Assembly: GCA_012295275.1 (NCBI GenBank)
Contig: CM022677.1
Location: 14,012,001 to 14,076,000 of the forward strand
Length of the DNA stretch: 64,000 nt
DNA from: Chrysomallon squamiferum
Lineage: Eukaryota > Animalia > Mollusca
Reading direction: 5' to 3'
Below the pieces are notes generated by a model that worked only from the letters and a program-made list of their open reading frames with translations, was not told where the DNA came from and made no database searches. Each line of letters opens with the position of its first letter. Position 1 is the stretch's first letter. The translations under genes were made by a program, and so were the position numbers. Shown in pieces: positions 40,670 through 54,891 of this stretch.

Positions 40670-43241
40670 GTGAGTCAGTTAATCTGTTAATTAATTAATT
40701 TATATAATTATTTTGTGTTGATATATTTGTTTTTTGTTTTGTTTTTACTGTGTATGCTATTTATTTTATTTTTTTGACCTATGTGTCTGCTATTTTATGT
40801 TATGTTTTCGAATTTATTTAGTCAAACACTTGTTTGAATTTAAGTTTGGCTCTCAGTTTTTCACTGTTTGCATCAAGATGTTTTTAAATGTAAATTCAAT
40901 GAATTTTCAATGAATGTGTCATATAGCATTAGATGCTCACTGGAAAAATGTGTACAGAGAAATAAGTAATGTTTCATGGTTTCAGAAATTCCACAGCTAC
41001 AGTTTGGTGTTGTGTATATTTTGTGTTTGAATTTGATTGTGTTTAGACTGGTGGAGTAGCTGATTCTGAGTTTGGTAATGTTGTTATATAGTTTGTTACT
41101 AAAATGATTTTGGGTTTTGATGATGAAAGGGGTAACTAATGTTTACTTTATTTCTTTACTATTTGCTGATTGCAACATTCACCCACTCCAGTCTCCATTT
41201 CAATATGGCTGACTGTTGTTTAAAAACTAGATTGTAGTGAAAGGTGTGTTTTAAAACTAGATTGTAGTGAAAGGTGTGTTTTAAAGGGTTGATCAGGGCC
41301 TAGATCCTTGATGAGATGGATTTTAACACAGTATTTTAGTATCTGTAGGTTTTTGTCTGTATTTCAAGTGTTGTATGTTTTATTCTAACAGGAGACTGTC
41401 AGGCAGTGTGATTTTTGGTAAAAAGTATTTACAAGATGTGATTATCTTCTGTATGTGGCATCCGAACTTGGCTCTAACAATTTCAATGATTTTCTTTGTT
41501 ATTAAATTGTTGTCTATTTTTGTTAATGCAGTTTTTGTTTTTTGTTTTGTGTTTAGTGGCAGCTGAGTCTAGCATGTTGATAAGTGAAGTGCTGTTTTGA
41601 TTGTGTTTCATGTACTTGCTGAAAATGTGCATATTTTGCATATTTGCAAGGTATGAGAACTGGCTGGAGTTTCTATGGTGATGGACACTGCAGTAGCTGC
41701 ATGCTAATGACTTGAGTTATGTCACTGTGTACATTTTGTTGTGTGTCTGCAGGTCTGTCAGAGACCTCACTCAGGTAACTGTGACCTCATTTCTGTCTGT
41801 TGGTTGATGTAGCTGTCAGTATTAATTGTTGTCATGGCAGGTTTGTTGTTAAAGGTAAGTATGGTCCAGTAGATTGATTCCCCCCCCCTGTTTATGTCTG
41901 TGTGTGGATGTGTTTGTGTGTATGCAATACTGAGACAAAATTACATGTGGAATTACATAATAACAGCAGATTAATGTCATCAGGTCAGTAGTTTTAGTCA
42001 GATGTGAAATAATATATAATATGAGTTTGCTGTTCTTCACTGTTTTTAATGCAATTTAAACATGTATTGAAACAGTATAGTGTAGCTGGAAACATAATGA
42101 AATATTATAAGTTTGTCATTATTCAGTTTAAAGTGTGTTTGCTGTTCTTCAGTGTTTTTTTAATGCAATTCAATAACATAAATGAAACAGTACAGGTTTG
42201 TTATTTTTCAATTGTAAAATATCACGAGTTTGCTGTTCTTCATTGATTTTAATACAATTTAAACTTATAATGAAACATTACTCATTTACTTACTGTCAGA
42301 ATGAATTAAAAAACGTACAAAATAACTGTATATACCCAAATTATAATTGAGAATAATTATAAATTAATTTAAAAATATATATATATATTTTTTTTAGAAA
42401 TAGGTAATGAAATAAACGCCGAATTTTCCTGAGTTGTCACTAAACTGGAGTCAGCCATTGCAGAAAGAAAATACTTTCCCTCCACGATGTGTCTGATGAT
42501 CGCAACATCATTCAACGTCTCAGAGAAGATGCTGAAAAGCACAATGCTCAAAGTATCTGCAGGAGGAGGTGAACTCACTGCGAGTAGAAAACAATGCTCT
42601 ACAAGAACAGACAGACAGACAGACAGGAAATAGAACTTATACAGCTACGTAGCCATATTGAATATATCAATGATGACAGGGAGAAGTTGAAAAGAAAGGT
42701 AACTCTGCATAATGATTATATTTACATTTTTCTTTGTAGATAGAATTAAAACACAAAACATAAGTAATCTTAATTATTAAGACTCCATTTTCCTTCAGTT
42801 ATATAATATGGCTTTTATTACATTTTTAAGAGTTACAGGTTAAATTGTTACATTTTTGTTACAATTGAAACTTGCATTTTTATAGCAGTTGAAAGAGATA
42901 GAGAATAAACTGTTACAATTATGTTATAGTTTAAAGAGTTACAGAATAAACTGTTACTTTTTGTAACAGTTTAAAGAGATAATAAATTGTTACATTTTTG
43001 TTACAGTTGAAAGAGTTACAGGATAAGTTACCTCTGACAGATTTGTCTTCTAGTCCCATGAACAGTCGAACATCAACACCAACAAAGTCACAAGTGAATA
43101 CAGGATAGAGGTATAAATAAACATTTGTTATTCATCGCTATAAAGGAATCAATGGAGATAGACACATTTGTATGTTGTGTTTATTTTTATATATGGAACT
43201 TTGAGAATATACAAATTCAGGAAATAAGGAATTGAAAATGG

Positions 43242-43272
<31 letters not shown>

Positions 43273-43743
43273 AAAAACTTTTATATATGTTATTATTATT
43301 ATTATTTTTACTTTGTATATTTCTTTCTATTGTATGTCATGCATTTGCTGCTTATTTACTTATTAAAAGTATTTGATAGTGTTTTAAGTTATGTAAATAT
43401 TTGTATTTATTTATATATTTATTAATTCACAGGACCACTGAAGGCAATGATCAGTTTCCTGTAGCTAAAATAGCAGAACTGAAGAAACTAAAAATATGTG
43501 CTGGAGACAGACCCTTGGGGTAAATCTCATTTTGCTTTCTTTCTTTATATATCTGTGTTCACATTGGTGTTTTTATCCCAATAAAACAAAGAGAAAAGAA
43601 ACAAATCAGATAATTTTATATTTAACATCATTTTAATCTGTTCTAATTCATTTGTCAAATCATTTATCCTTTTTTTTTGTTCTTAAAATTAATTTTCAGA
43701 ATGTAAATTCTTAGAAATGTTTGGACTTGCTAGTGTTAGATAA

Positions 43744-43780
<37 letters not shown>

Positions 43781-45113
43781 TTTTTAGCAAATTTATATCT
43801 TATGCTTAACACATTTAAAACTTAAATTGGAATATACTGACAGTATATTGTTATCTGACTGAATAAATGTGAAAAACAAAATTAAAAGTTTGCAGTGATA
43901 CTGAATAACTTATAGACATGTTTTTCATAATTTCCAGTATGATGTTTTAATTCATTAAAATCTTTTTTTGTTTTTGTTTTGTTTTTTTATGGTGGTAATT
44001 TCAAATCATATCACCTCACAATAAAAAAGAAATTGACAGAAAATGATTCACTGACATATTTTTCAATATTTCAAGTATGAATTTAATGGATTCTTAAATT
44101 TACAAATGTTTTCCAACTACAGTCATTTCAAATCAAATAACACAAATAAATACAGTTTTAACAATAATACATAATTATTATTCATTATTTTTAACCTTAT
44201 ATTTCTGGCTTTAAGGTAATACTGTTTCAAATCAACTAAAATAAATATATTTTTTAAGAAAATAACACAGAATAAGTCATTGATATATTATTTTTCATGA
44301 CATCCAATATGATTTTAACTGAGTTTAAACTTTGCTTATTTTTTCTACTTCAGCTTCCAAATACAAAATTAGCCAAACATTTAGTGCAGAGTTTACAGGG
44401 CTGTTCTAACATGCAGGAAATTGTTCAGACTTTGTATCAGGTGACAGAGGCATTCGAAGTAGAGGCATGTTCTGCTGGAGAGTGAGATGGGAGTTTTGTT
44501 AGCTAACTGTAGAGCTGCAGGACTTGGAAGTCTGGGTGAGTTTACAACTAAAATTCTTTTTTAAAAATATATTATTTCAGTAACTGCTACATCACTGAAA
44601 TTCATTCTTCTTTTATACGTAAATGAAGTTAATTTTTGTATGTGTGTGTGTGTGTGTCTTTACAATTTCAGTATTAGTGATTATTAATTTCAGAATGTGT
44701 GTTGTATGTTTGTGTCCATTTATAAAAATTCAGTATTTAAATAATTTTCAGTTTGCATGTTTTTCATTTCAGTAAAAAGGATTTAATTACTTTTCTGTAT
44801 GTTTAATGTTAACTTTCAATATCTGTAGCTGTTAATACATAGACAATGAAATTAGCCTAATGCACAGATGCTGAAAATAGTATTATATTTACATTATTAT
44901 ATTTACAGTATTATATTTTATATCTGTGTATTTTAGTGTAAGTTAATTTTTGACATCTGTACATGTTAGTGTTTTATGCTAAATTTTACTAAATGTATAT
45001 TTGATTTCAATTAGTGTATGTTAATTTCATAAATCTTTATTTTAATTACAGTTAGACTGCATATGTTAATTTCAGTGCCAGCATACTGATTTCTGTAAGT
45101 GTGTGTGAGAAAG

Positions 45114-45175
<62 letters not shown>

Positions 45176-45244
45176 ATTTTAATAAGTCTTTATGTTAATT
45201 TCAGTAAGTATTAATTTTACCAAGTCTTGATGTTAATTTTGCTA

Positions 45245-45688
45245 AGACTGTATATTAATACAGAAGTGTATTTTCTCTGTGTTTATTTTCAGTAAGTGTG
45301 TATATTAATACAGAAGTGTATATTCTCAGTGTTTATTTTCAGTAAGTGTGCATATTAAAATAGAAGTGTGTTTTCTCTATGTATTTTCAGTAAGTGTGTA
45401 TATTAATATAGAAGTGTATTTTCTCTGTGTTTATTTTCAGTAAGTGTGCATATTAATACAGAAGTGTGTTTTCTCTGTGTTTATTTTCAGTAAGTGTGCA
45501 TATTAATACAGAAGTGTGTTTTCTGTGTGTTTATTTTCAGTAAGTGTGTATATTAATACAGAAGTGTATTTTCTCTGTTTATTTTCAGTAAGTGTGTATA
45601 TTAATACAGAAGTGTGTTTTCTGTGTGTTTATTTTCAGTAAGTGTGTATATTAATACAGAAGTGAGTTTTCTCTGTGTGTATTTTCAG
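45245..45688 (+). repeat. 50-bp intronic minisatellite (~9 units) ending in the true MCC splice acceptor
   Basis: Unit TAAGTGTG(T/C)ATATTAATACAGAAGTGT(A/G)TTTTCTCTGTGTTTATTTTCAG; period 50 (e.g. 45291, 45341); absent from arm A. Confidence 0.92.
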
Positions 45689-48600
45689 CTGATGAGTCAG
45701 GGGAGTGTGAGGATCAGGTGGAGGTGATGTCTATACTACAGAGAGCTCATCACTCAAGGAAGTCTGCTGAAGGCGTGGCTCGACATCTACTTCACAAACT
45801 GGACAGAAGCTGTGGAGTTCACACCACACCCTGTACTTCTCACCCCTGGGAGGATCTGTCTTCTAACAGCAGAACTGCAAGGTGGCACTTTACTTGAAGT
45901 CTTTTTATGTTATATGGACTTTGTTTTCTATTATTTTATATTTAGTTTTGTAAGTACTGAAACTGACTTTATTAATTAATATCTTTTTTTTACTAAGATA
46001 AATTTAGATTTTGTAGTTTATTAAAGTGTAATTAACTATCTTTTTAAAAGGATTTCACCTAATTATAGAATTATAAATTTCAAGTTGATTAACTGTTTTT
46101 TCCATGACTAGTGATAATCTTTACCAAACCAACTTTTCATTTTGAATTGTCCAGCACATCCAGTTCTACGGCCAGCTCAGTGGACACTGACTTCACCAAA
46201 CTGGATGAACAGAGATTGCGTGAGTACATTCAGTCACTGAAGAATGACCGGGCAGTGGTCAGAATGACCGTCATGGAGCTGGAGAGTTTACACGTTGATC
46301 ATCTGCTTGACGAACCCAAGAAAACTCCAGAAGCTCAAAGACTGGATTTGGAAAATGCTGTGTTAATGCAGGAGCTGATGGCTATGAAGGTCAGTGTTAC
46401 TAAATGTGTTGTTCTGTCTGTATAAAAATTCCTTGCTGCTAATCTTAAAAGAGAATAACCCATTATTTTTGGTGAACAGGAGTCTTCTCTCATTGTGTTT
46501 GTGTTTTTAACAATTTGAATAAATATAAAAATTGTTTTCTATTTTTGTATTGTATTAATCCTTTTCATAGTCTTTTATCTTTGTTTTATATTCAATTTAT
46601 TTAAATATATTTTCTGTGATTCTAAATAGACTGAACTTTATTCTTAACATTAGAATAGCATATTATTAAAACTACCTTGAGGTTTTGTACTATATTAACT
46701 AGTATTTCTGTTCTTTTGATTTTATTAATGACACCTTGGTCATTATTTTGAATCATGCTCTATTTGTATTAAAGCATTTTCTGAATTCTGGACAGACTCA
46801 ATTTACTCACCTTGTTGTAATTTTGTTTTTCAGGAGGAGAAGGCAGAGCTGAAGGCTCAGAACTTGATGGAGAAGGAGAAGAGAGCTCTGGAGTTGAGAC
46901 TGAGTGGTAAGGAGTCACAGGAGCAGGCCTACAGAGTACAGATAGAGCATCTCAAGTGTGAGATCTCAGAGCACCAGCAGAGACTGGGCAGAGACGGCAA
47001 ACACAAACATGTGATTATCTCTGTTTTATCTATCATTTTATCTGTTCTAAGTTAGACAGTATATATATATATAAACTATATATATATATATATATAAAAT
47101 TATATAATTATATAAACAGACTGGGCAAACACAAACGTGATTATCTCTGTTTTATTTGTCACTTTATCTCTTCTAAGTTAGATAGTAGATATATATATAT
47201 AATTGAATAAACAGACTGGGCAAACACAAACATGTGATTTTCTCTTACTTGATCTAGCAGTTAGACAGAGATAATTATATAAACAGGGGAACCAAATATA
47301 ATAATAACATACACAGTAGATATGTCACATTATTTATTTTATTATTTGTCACATGTTTGTGTGTTTTAAACCTGATTTAAAAAGAGAAAAAATCAAAATA
47401 ATATTTATAGAATATGTCTGTTTATTTTATCATGTAAGTATTCTAAATAAAGTGACTTGTTCATATAAACAGAGAAAACGAAATAATAGAAACTTACTAT
47501 ATAGATCATTGTGTCATAACTACTGATACTGTTTATCATAGTTCTTTATTATAATTTTAAATTGTATCTTTCTAAGAATACTGAGTATTATAATACAGAA
47601 ATGTAATAATAATAGGCAATAATGATAGATTATATCATAATATTGATTTTGTATGCCATAACCACTGATACTCTTTTTTCATAATAACTTTTAAATAATG
47701 ATAATAATTAATTTAAAACCTTTGTTATTATTAAATTTTAAATGTTTTAAACTTTGATTCATCAAGGTGTTAAGGTAAGGAACAGACAACATTCATAATT
47801 CTAATTTTATTATATAACTGAGTTTCAATCAATTATCATCAGGATGATCATGATAATCTGATAATTATCTATAATAATTCTATTGATATAAATCATTACA
47901 ATTTTAATTATATTATTATAATCAAGTTTTCATTGATTATCATCATGATAAAGATGATAATTTGATAGCTTTCATAATTACTAAAGTTCTTAATGAATAA
48001 TTGTTTATCATCAGGATGATGAAGATGATGAGCTGACAGCACCAGCTATATGTGAGTTGAGATCGAATGATGTAATGGAGATAGCTCAGGACCTGTGTGA
48101 GTCACTCAGAAGAGAAAAACGACTCAAATTCAGAGTACAAGAGTTAGTGGCTGCTCTAGAGAAAATCTCTAAAAACTCAGAAATCAGACATCAGCAGTCA
48201 GCAGAGTTTGTCAATGACCTGAAACGAGCTAACAGGTAAACATACAGGTGTATGCATGTCATGCATAATCTACATGTTCTACACTAAACATTGGTCTATG
48301 CAAACACATACACACATTTCAAACAGAAATTCAAATTATATTTAGAGACATTTTTATTATAAACTTATTGTGTGAATATTATAATTATATAAACAGTATA
48401 TAAATTGACATAATGTCATTGGTTTTTCTGTCTGGGATTTTTTGTGGAAGAGTTTTTTGTGCAGTACTAAAATCACTTTTACTAATATTGTTGTTATTAA
48501 CATTTATATATTTCTAACATAAATTTTTATTTTATTTTTGTTTTGTTTTGTTTTGTAATGTTTTGTAGTGATAGCATTAGTATTTCTGTAATATAATTGA

Positions 48601-48965
48601 CATATCTAATCTTTATTTTACTTTATTTTTTGCCCTGTAATGTCTTGATATCATTATTATTCTAATGTTTTTAATTTTATTTTTGTAATATAAATAATTT
48701 AATTTTACATCTTCTTATTTCACTTTATTTTATAAAGCATTGCTTTATTATTTTTATTTTTAAATCAAATTAACATAATAGTTACATAGCTTTTTAATTT
48801 TATTTTTGTAGTTCCTTTATATGATTAGTATTTTTGTAACATAAATAACATATTCTAATTTTATATTCTTTTCATTTTCCTTTGTTTTCCCCATAGTGCC
48901 TTAATACTATAAACTAATTTTAAATAATAATCTTTTATTTTATTTTATTTTATTTTTATTTATTT

Positions 48966-48997
<32 letters not shown>

Positions 48998-49179
48998 GTG
49001 CCTTGATATCAGCGTTTGATAAAGCAAAGAAGAAGTACCAGAGCAAGCTGAAGAAACTTGAGACTCAGTTACAGGGGATGACAGATCGCTACGAGAGACA
49101 GATAAAACTGCTCAAACAAAGAATTGAAGTGCTTGAGATAGACACTGTTAGGCCACCAACCAATGAGACTTCATTATAG
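45689..49179 (+). CDS. MCC: Open five-exon C-terminal MCC block, copy B (translation unproven)
   Basis: Five phase-compatible exons without stops; one in-frame codon deletion (QNYLM to QNLM) and a weak GTGGCA donor at 45882. Confidence 0.4.
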
Positions 49180-50582
49180 CAGATCTGGGATTTTAAATTA
49201 ACCAATCACTATGATTGTAACAAAATTCTGAGAGTTCTGTTATCCAGTCACTGTGTCTGTAAGAAAAGAGTGGTTAAAAAAGTTTGTTATTTACCAATCA
49301 TGTAACCATGGTGATCTGAGAGTTAAAAATAGCCAGTCATGGTGTCTGTAATAAAAGACTGGCCACTGATCTGTAATAAACCAATCATCATGAATGTAAC
49401 AAATGACCTGACCAAAAGATTTGGAATTAACCAATCAGTGTTGTTCTTGAAAAATTCAGGCCAGAGAAATATTGGCATACATTATTCAATACCTTGGACC
49501 ATTCAAACAAATGTGCAAATGAAACATTATTGTGAAAGAACTTTGTGTTTATTTTGACCAACGTCTGTGACCAAAATGAACAAAACAGACATTACAGAAA
49601 ACACTTCATTTAAATTACCATTGATGATCTAAAGAAAATGTTTGTGTGAATCAGTGTCAAAGGATCACCGGTTACATCTGAAGAAACAATACAACACAGT
49701 GGTACAACACACTAGCCAGTGAAATCTTATTACAGGAAACAGTCTCAGAAAAAATGAATTGTTCATCTTACCAGATTTTTGTACATATTTGTTAATGTTT
49801 TAGTGGATTTACATTTTAAACTCAGCACTTGAATCAAACAGTGAAAACTGTGCACAGAAAAACTCTTTTTAATTATAAATGAAATCCTGAGAGGTGATTG
49901 GATTGTCAGCTGACCAATGAAAATAGGAATGGCTTTAATAATTAACCAATGAAATTATTTATTTATTAGAGCTTCTGGCCAGTCAAACAGTAGAATAGAT
50001 CTGAGCTTTAACCAATGAACAATCCTGTTTTATAACATGACATCAGACAAAGAAAAATATCACATAAAAATTAAAATGTCAGTTTTATATCACATTTGAT
50101 ATTTATGTATTATCTATAAAAATATATGTGACAACTGTTTTTAAACCAATGAAAATGATTTTCTCAGACATATTAGCCAATCAAAAGTAGTTTACTATCT
50201 GTATTGATCATTGAAAACAGATGTATCTATTTTATCTTTTTTTAAATATTGACTTTGTAATTCACTCTTAGTGAACATGAAAAAAATATCTTACTGTAAT
50301 TTTATATTTAAACCATCCTATATTATAATATTTTCAATGGATTGGTTAATTATATAGTATGAATATTTTTATTAAGTGTTTAAGAACATTATTTGAGTCA
50401 TTTCTGTAATGATAATGACAGAAAATAGACTCTTTGAAGTTAATGTCTTATATCAAATGGTGAAATGTAAAAATTCTATTATTATTTTTATTTTTATTAT
50501 TATTATTATTATTATTCTTATTATTATTATTATTATGCTATTATGCTAATAATATTAAGATAATTATTGTTATTACAACTTC

Positions 50583-50634
<52 letters not shown>

Positions 50635-53129
50635 ATTACTGTCATTAGTATTATTATATTATTATTACTTCCACTACTACTACTACTGTTAGCAAAATAA
50701 TTCTTATTAATATTCACCATCTTTGATTTTAACTAAATGGGGTAATGCTGTATTTGTTTCATCATGATATTACACCAGCTGTTAGGCTTTTTTTAATTCA
50801 CAAGTGTTGAAAATATTTGTTATTAGCTGATTATATGCAAAACTTATTTGTGATATGTGTCTTCATTATGCATAATTAGAATCACACTGAATTGTTTGTG
50901 GCACTCTAACATCATGAAAAGTGATCTAATTTTTTTTTTATATAAATATGTTTTCAAAAGTGCTGTTTTGCTAAGTGAGAGATGATTCTTGTATTATTAA
51001 ACAAAATGTTCTCTTTCACAATTTAAGAGTATGGTCTGAATTTGAATGAATAAAAAGAAATAAGATGTATATATGTTTGTATAACTCAGAAATTTACAGA
51101 ATGTTTAGATGTACCAGTTTCTGCAGCTGATTACATCTGGAAATAGAGTTTCACATCAGCAAACTTTGTATTTGTAGACAAACTAAAACCTTTAAGAATA
51201 AGATAATTTCCCTTTAGTTGGCCTAATGGTCTATTAAAAAATGTATTAAAAAATATATATATTTTCATTAACATCTTAAATGTAGAATTATATGCAGATT
51301 TCTTATTTGTTGGCCAATATCGTTAAACATTCATTAAAATAGATTGTTATGACATTTTAATTTAAAAATGTTTTAAATATATGTACATTTCCCTTTGTCT
51401 AAAACAAAAAAATACATTAAAATTAGATTGTGTCAACATATTAATTTAAATATATTTTAAATGATATAAATTTCTTATTCGGTGGCCTATAATGTATTTA
51501 AATTTAATTACATTTCCCATTTGGCAACCTAGATCAGTAAAAACACACAAAGACATTGTAAAGGCACATACTGAACTTGAAATAATATGTGAATGTTTTT
51601 GTGGGCTGGTGTGAATAGTTACTTTATAAAAAACAGACATGATCATGATGGTAAAGTTTACAAATTGTTAAATGGGCATTATCATGTTTAATGTTACTTT
51701 GTATGCAATAAAAAAAAACTCATCTATTTCAGCTAAGAAAGTTGTTTAGTTTTATTTCCAAGTGAAGAAACCAGTGAATAATGACAGGCAGAATTATTTA
51801 TAATAATAATAATAATAATACAATGACAATAATAATAATAACAAGAACAACAATAATAATAGTAATAATAGTAATACCAATAATAATAATAGTAATAATA
51901 ATAACAATAATAACTAGAATGGAAATAACAATAATAGGAATATAATCATAATAATAATAATAATAATAATAACTAAAGAAGATAATAATTATAATAAAAT
52001 AAAAATAATACTTTATTTTATATAATTTAAATGAATTCTCTCTAGAGATAGCTGGTGTGAGTTGTACTTTTTATTTTCTCTTCATAAAATATTAAGTGAA
52101 GTAACAATAATCAAATATTTTTTTACAAAATCTGTTAGTAGTGAAAATTAAGTTACTAATAACCACAAATCTGATATTTATTTTCACTCATTCTAACAAC
52201 CATTTGATTAACAAACTATAGATATCAATAGTCCAAATTTGTCTTAAGTTATGGTGGAATTTAAGACTGTTTTGATTATGCTGAACATTTAGTTAACTTG
52301 GCTGCACACTGAGTTTGAAATACAGTGATGTCACTTCTAGCTCTGTTTTTCACTTTAATTTCTAACTATATCCAACCAAAAGCAAAAACAAAAACAAAAA
52401 CAAAACTAAAATAACAAATAATAATTAATAATAGTAAATACAACAAATAAATAAAATAATTATAAATAGAGATAGATAGAAACAAGTGAATGAGGCAGAG
52501 ACAAATGACAGAGACAACTGAATTAGACTGAGACAAGTTAGAGATACAAATGAGACAGAGACAAGTTATAAAGACAGCTAAGTGAATGAGAGAGACAGCT
52601 GAATGAGATATTTTACTTTCATTCAAACACTCAAAGAATGAACAGATTATATAAATATGTATATTTCATTAATGTTTTCATGTTGACATTTTTCTTTGAT
52701 TCATATAGTAAAAATAAAAATCTTCTCATAGATAAATGAGACAATTCCAGTGAAAGTCTGTCATTGCTGTCACTGTGCATAGAAATATTTCTCCATATTT
52801 TTAATAATGTTTTTGTGATTTTTTGAAAATACTTTTTTAATGAACACTAGTGGAATTTCATGCTTCTTTCATTTATCAGATATATTTTTAAATATAGAAA
52901 TAAGACATTTTTGAAGCAGTAATTTAACATTAGTCCTAGAAGCAGAACATAATATTTATTAATAGGTTAGAATAGTATATACCTGTCTAGAAGATTATTT
53001 TCTATGAGAAGTTTAACAACACTTCTATAAGACCAGTAAGATTGATTGCAATAGGAATATTGCATTATTTTCCCTCTAAGCATGCAAAAATAAATAAATA
53101 AATAAAAATTAATAACTAAGTAAGTAATA

Positions 53130-53740
53130 ACGTTAGAAACAACACCGTTATTACGACAACAACGGCGATATTAATAAAAACTAATAATACATTTTAATGG
53201 GATGCGGACACTAAGAAGTTAAGAACAACCCCTTTACGATCACCCCATTAATAGATACACCAATACGTTCAGAACAACGCTGGTACGACGGCAATGACGG
53301 CGACATTAACAGAAATTGCATTAATATATTTTAACGTAGTATGTGCCCGCTCAGAAAGTATGAGGAAATAAAAAAGCAAAAGAATAACACTACTACGACG
53401 GCAACGACGGCGTCATTAATAAAAATAGTGATAATATTTTTTAACATAGGTTGTGGACACTAAGAAAGTTTGAATACTAGTTAATAAAAAGCAAAATAAT
53501 ACAGAGAACGTTGAGAACAACGTCGTATACGATGGTAATGACGGCGACATTAATAGAGATGATAATCATATGTTTTAATATAAGATGGGAACGGTCAGAA
53601 AATAAGAATAACAGCGAGTAAAAAATGAAAAGGAATAATGAGGAGTACACCAATAACGTTAACGGGCAACGGCAACGACAGCGACATTAATAGAAATTAC
53701 AATAATATATTTTAATAGGTGATGCGCCCGCTCAGAAACT
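53130..53740 (-). repeat. Arm B copy of the ~110-150-bp tandem repeat
   Basis: Reverse complement of 14085-14700. Confidence 0.8.
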
Positions 53741-53934
53741 AACTTGAAGGTACTCAGTAAATAAAGAGGAAACACGACCCCTAACACCCGGATTTAAAAC
53801 GCGTGTCTGTAGATCTCCAGTATACAGTTTCATATTTAGTCATGTTTTTAAAACATCGTTATTTTATTTATGTTTTTATATTTTTATTTGCACTTTTCGT
53901 TCGTGCGGTTGTTTCTCTATTTTTATTTTTGACG

Positions 53935-54080
<146 letters not shown>

Positions 54081-54370
54081 CTGCTTCAAAATAAAATAAA
54101 AATAAAATGAAGTAGAATAGCTGATTACCCTTGGAACCTCCACACAAAACAACCCCAATAATCTGTATTAGCTGTTAATAATAAATTTATAATAACAGTT
54201 CTACATTGATATTATATACATTAATTATATTTTACACACAGACATATAGATATATAGGTGAATATCAAGAAACAATGTAAAATAGTTTTAAAGTTAAATG
54301 AAATAATGACAGAAGAATTTTATTTTATCATACAAATATTTTATTTCAGTTTTATTTTGATTACACTGGA

Positions 54371-54405
<35 letters not shown>

Positions 54406-54453
54406 CAAACAAATTTCTTGAAATAAACTACAAAAATAACAGAATAATTTACA

Positions 54454-54563
<110 letters not shown>

Positions 54564-54891
54564 AAAACTGGGTGAAAAATTTAAAAGTAAATCACATTTT
54601 GTTTTGAAATTTATCTTGCAATTTAGTATTTTTAAACGAGACTTTAAGAATAATAATCATAATTAAAACAAATAATAACGAATTGATGAATTAGGTATTA
54701 TATTTAATAAAAAAAGAAATGAAATTAAACAAAGTAACTAAATTAATTACTTAATTAACTAAATTAATAAGTAAATAAATAATATAACTAATTATCTGTT
54801 TATTTATCAATTCATGTAAAGAAAGAAATGTCTGTGGACTTTCAACTTCAAAACAGTTAAAGTGAAACTAATTTAGCAGACAGTTTGAAGT

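Larger units (their letters stand above)
41964..49179 (+). pseudogene. MCC: MCC-like partial gene, copy B; 5' exons disrupted
   Basis: Exon remnant ~41964-41983; 42398-42698 (NEINAEFS*VVTKLESAIAERK, TGA at 42430; LQEEVNSLRVENNAL); 43041-43110 (TAG at 43106); 43433-43519 (25-nt deletion); 44354-44535 (HLVQSLQGCSNMQEIVQTLY then large deletion and frameshift); then open exons 45689-45881, 46155-46389, 46834-47010, 48015-48235, 48999-49179 ending TNETSL*. Confidence 0.88.

Noticed and set aside
41219-41285. 30-bp perfect tandem duplication
   Set aside because: An ordinary local slippage event with no further structure.
45245-45688. Regular array resembling CRISPR
   Set aside because: Head-to-tail units with no unique spacers, in a eukaryotic intron, with no cas genes.
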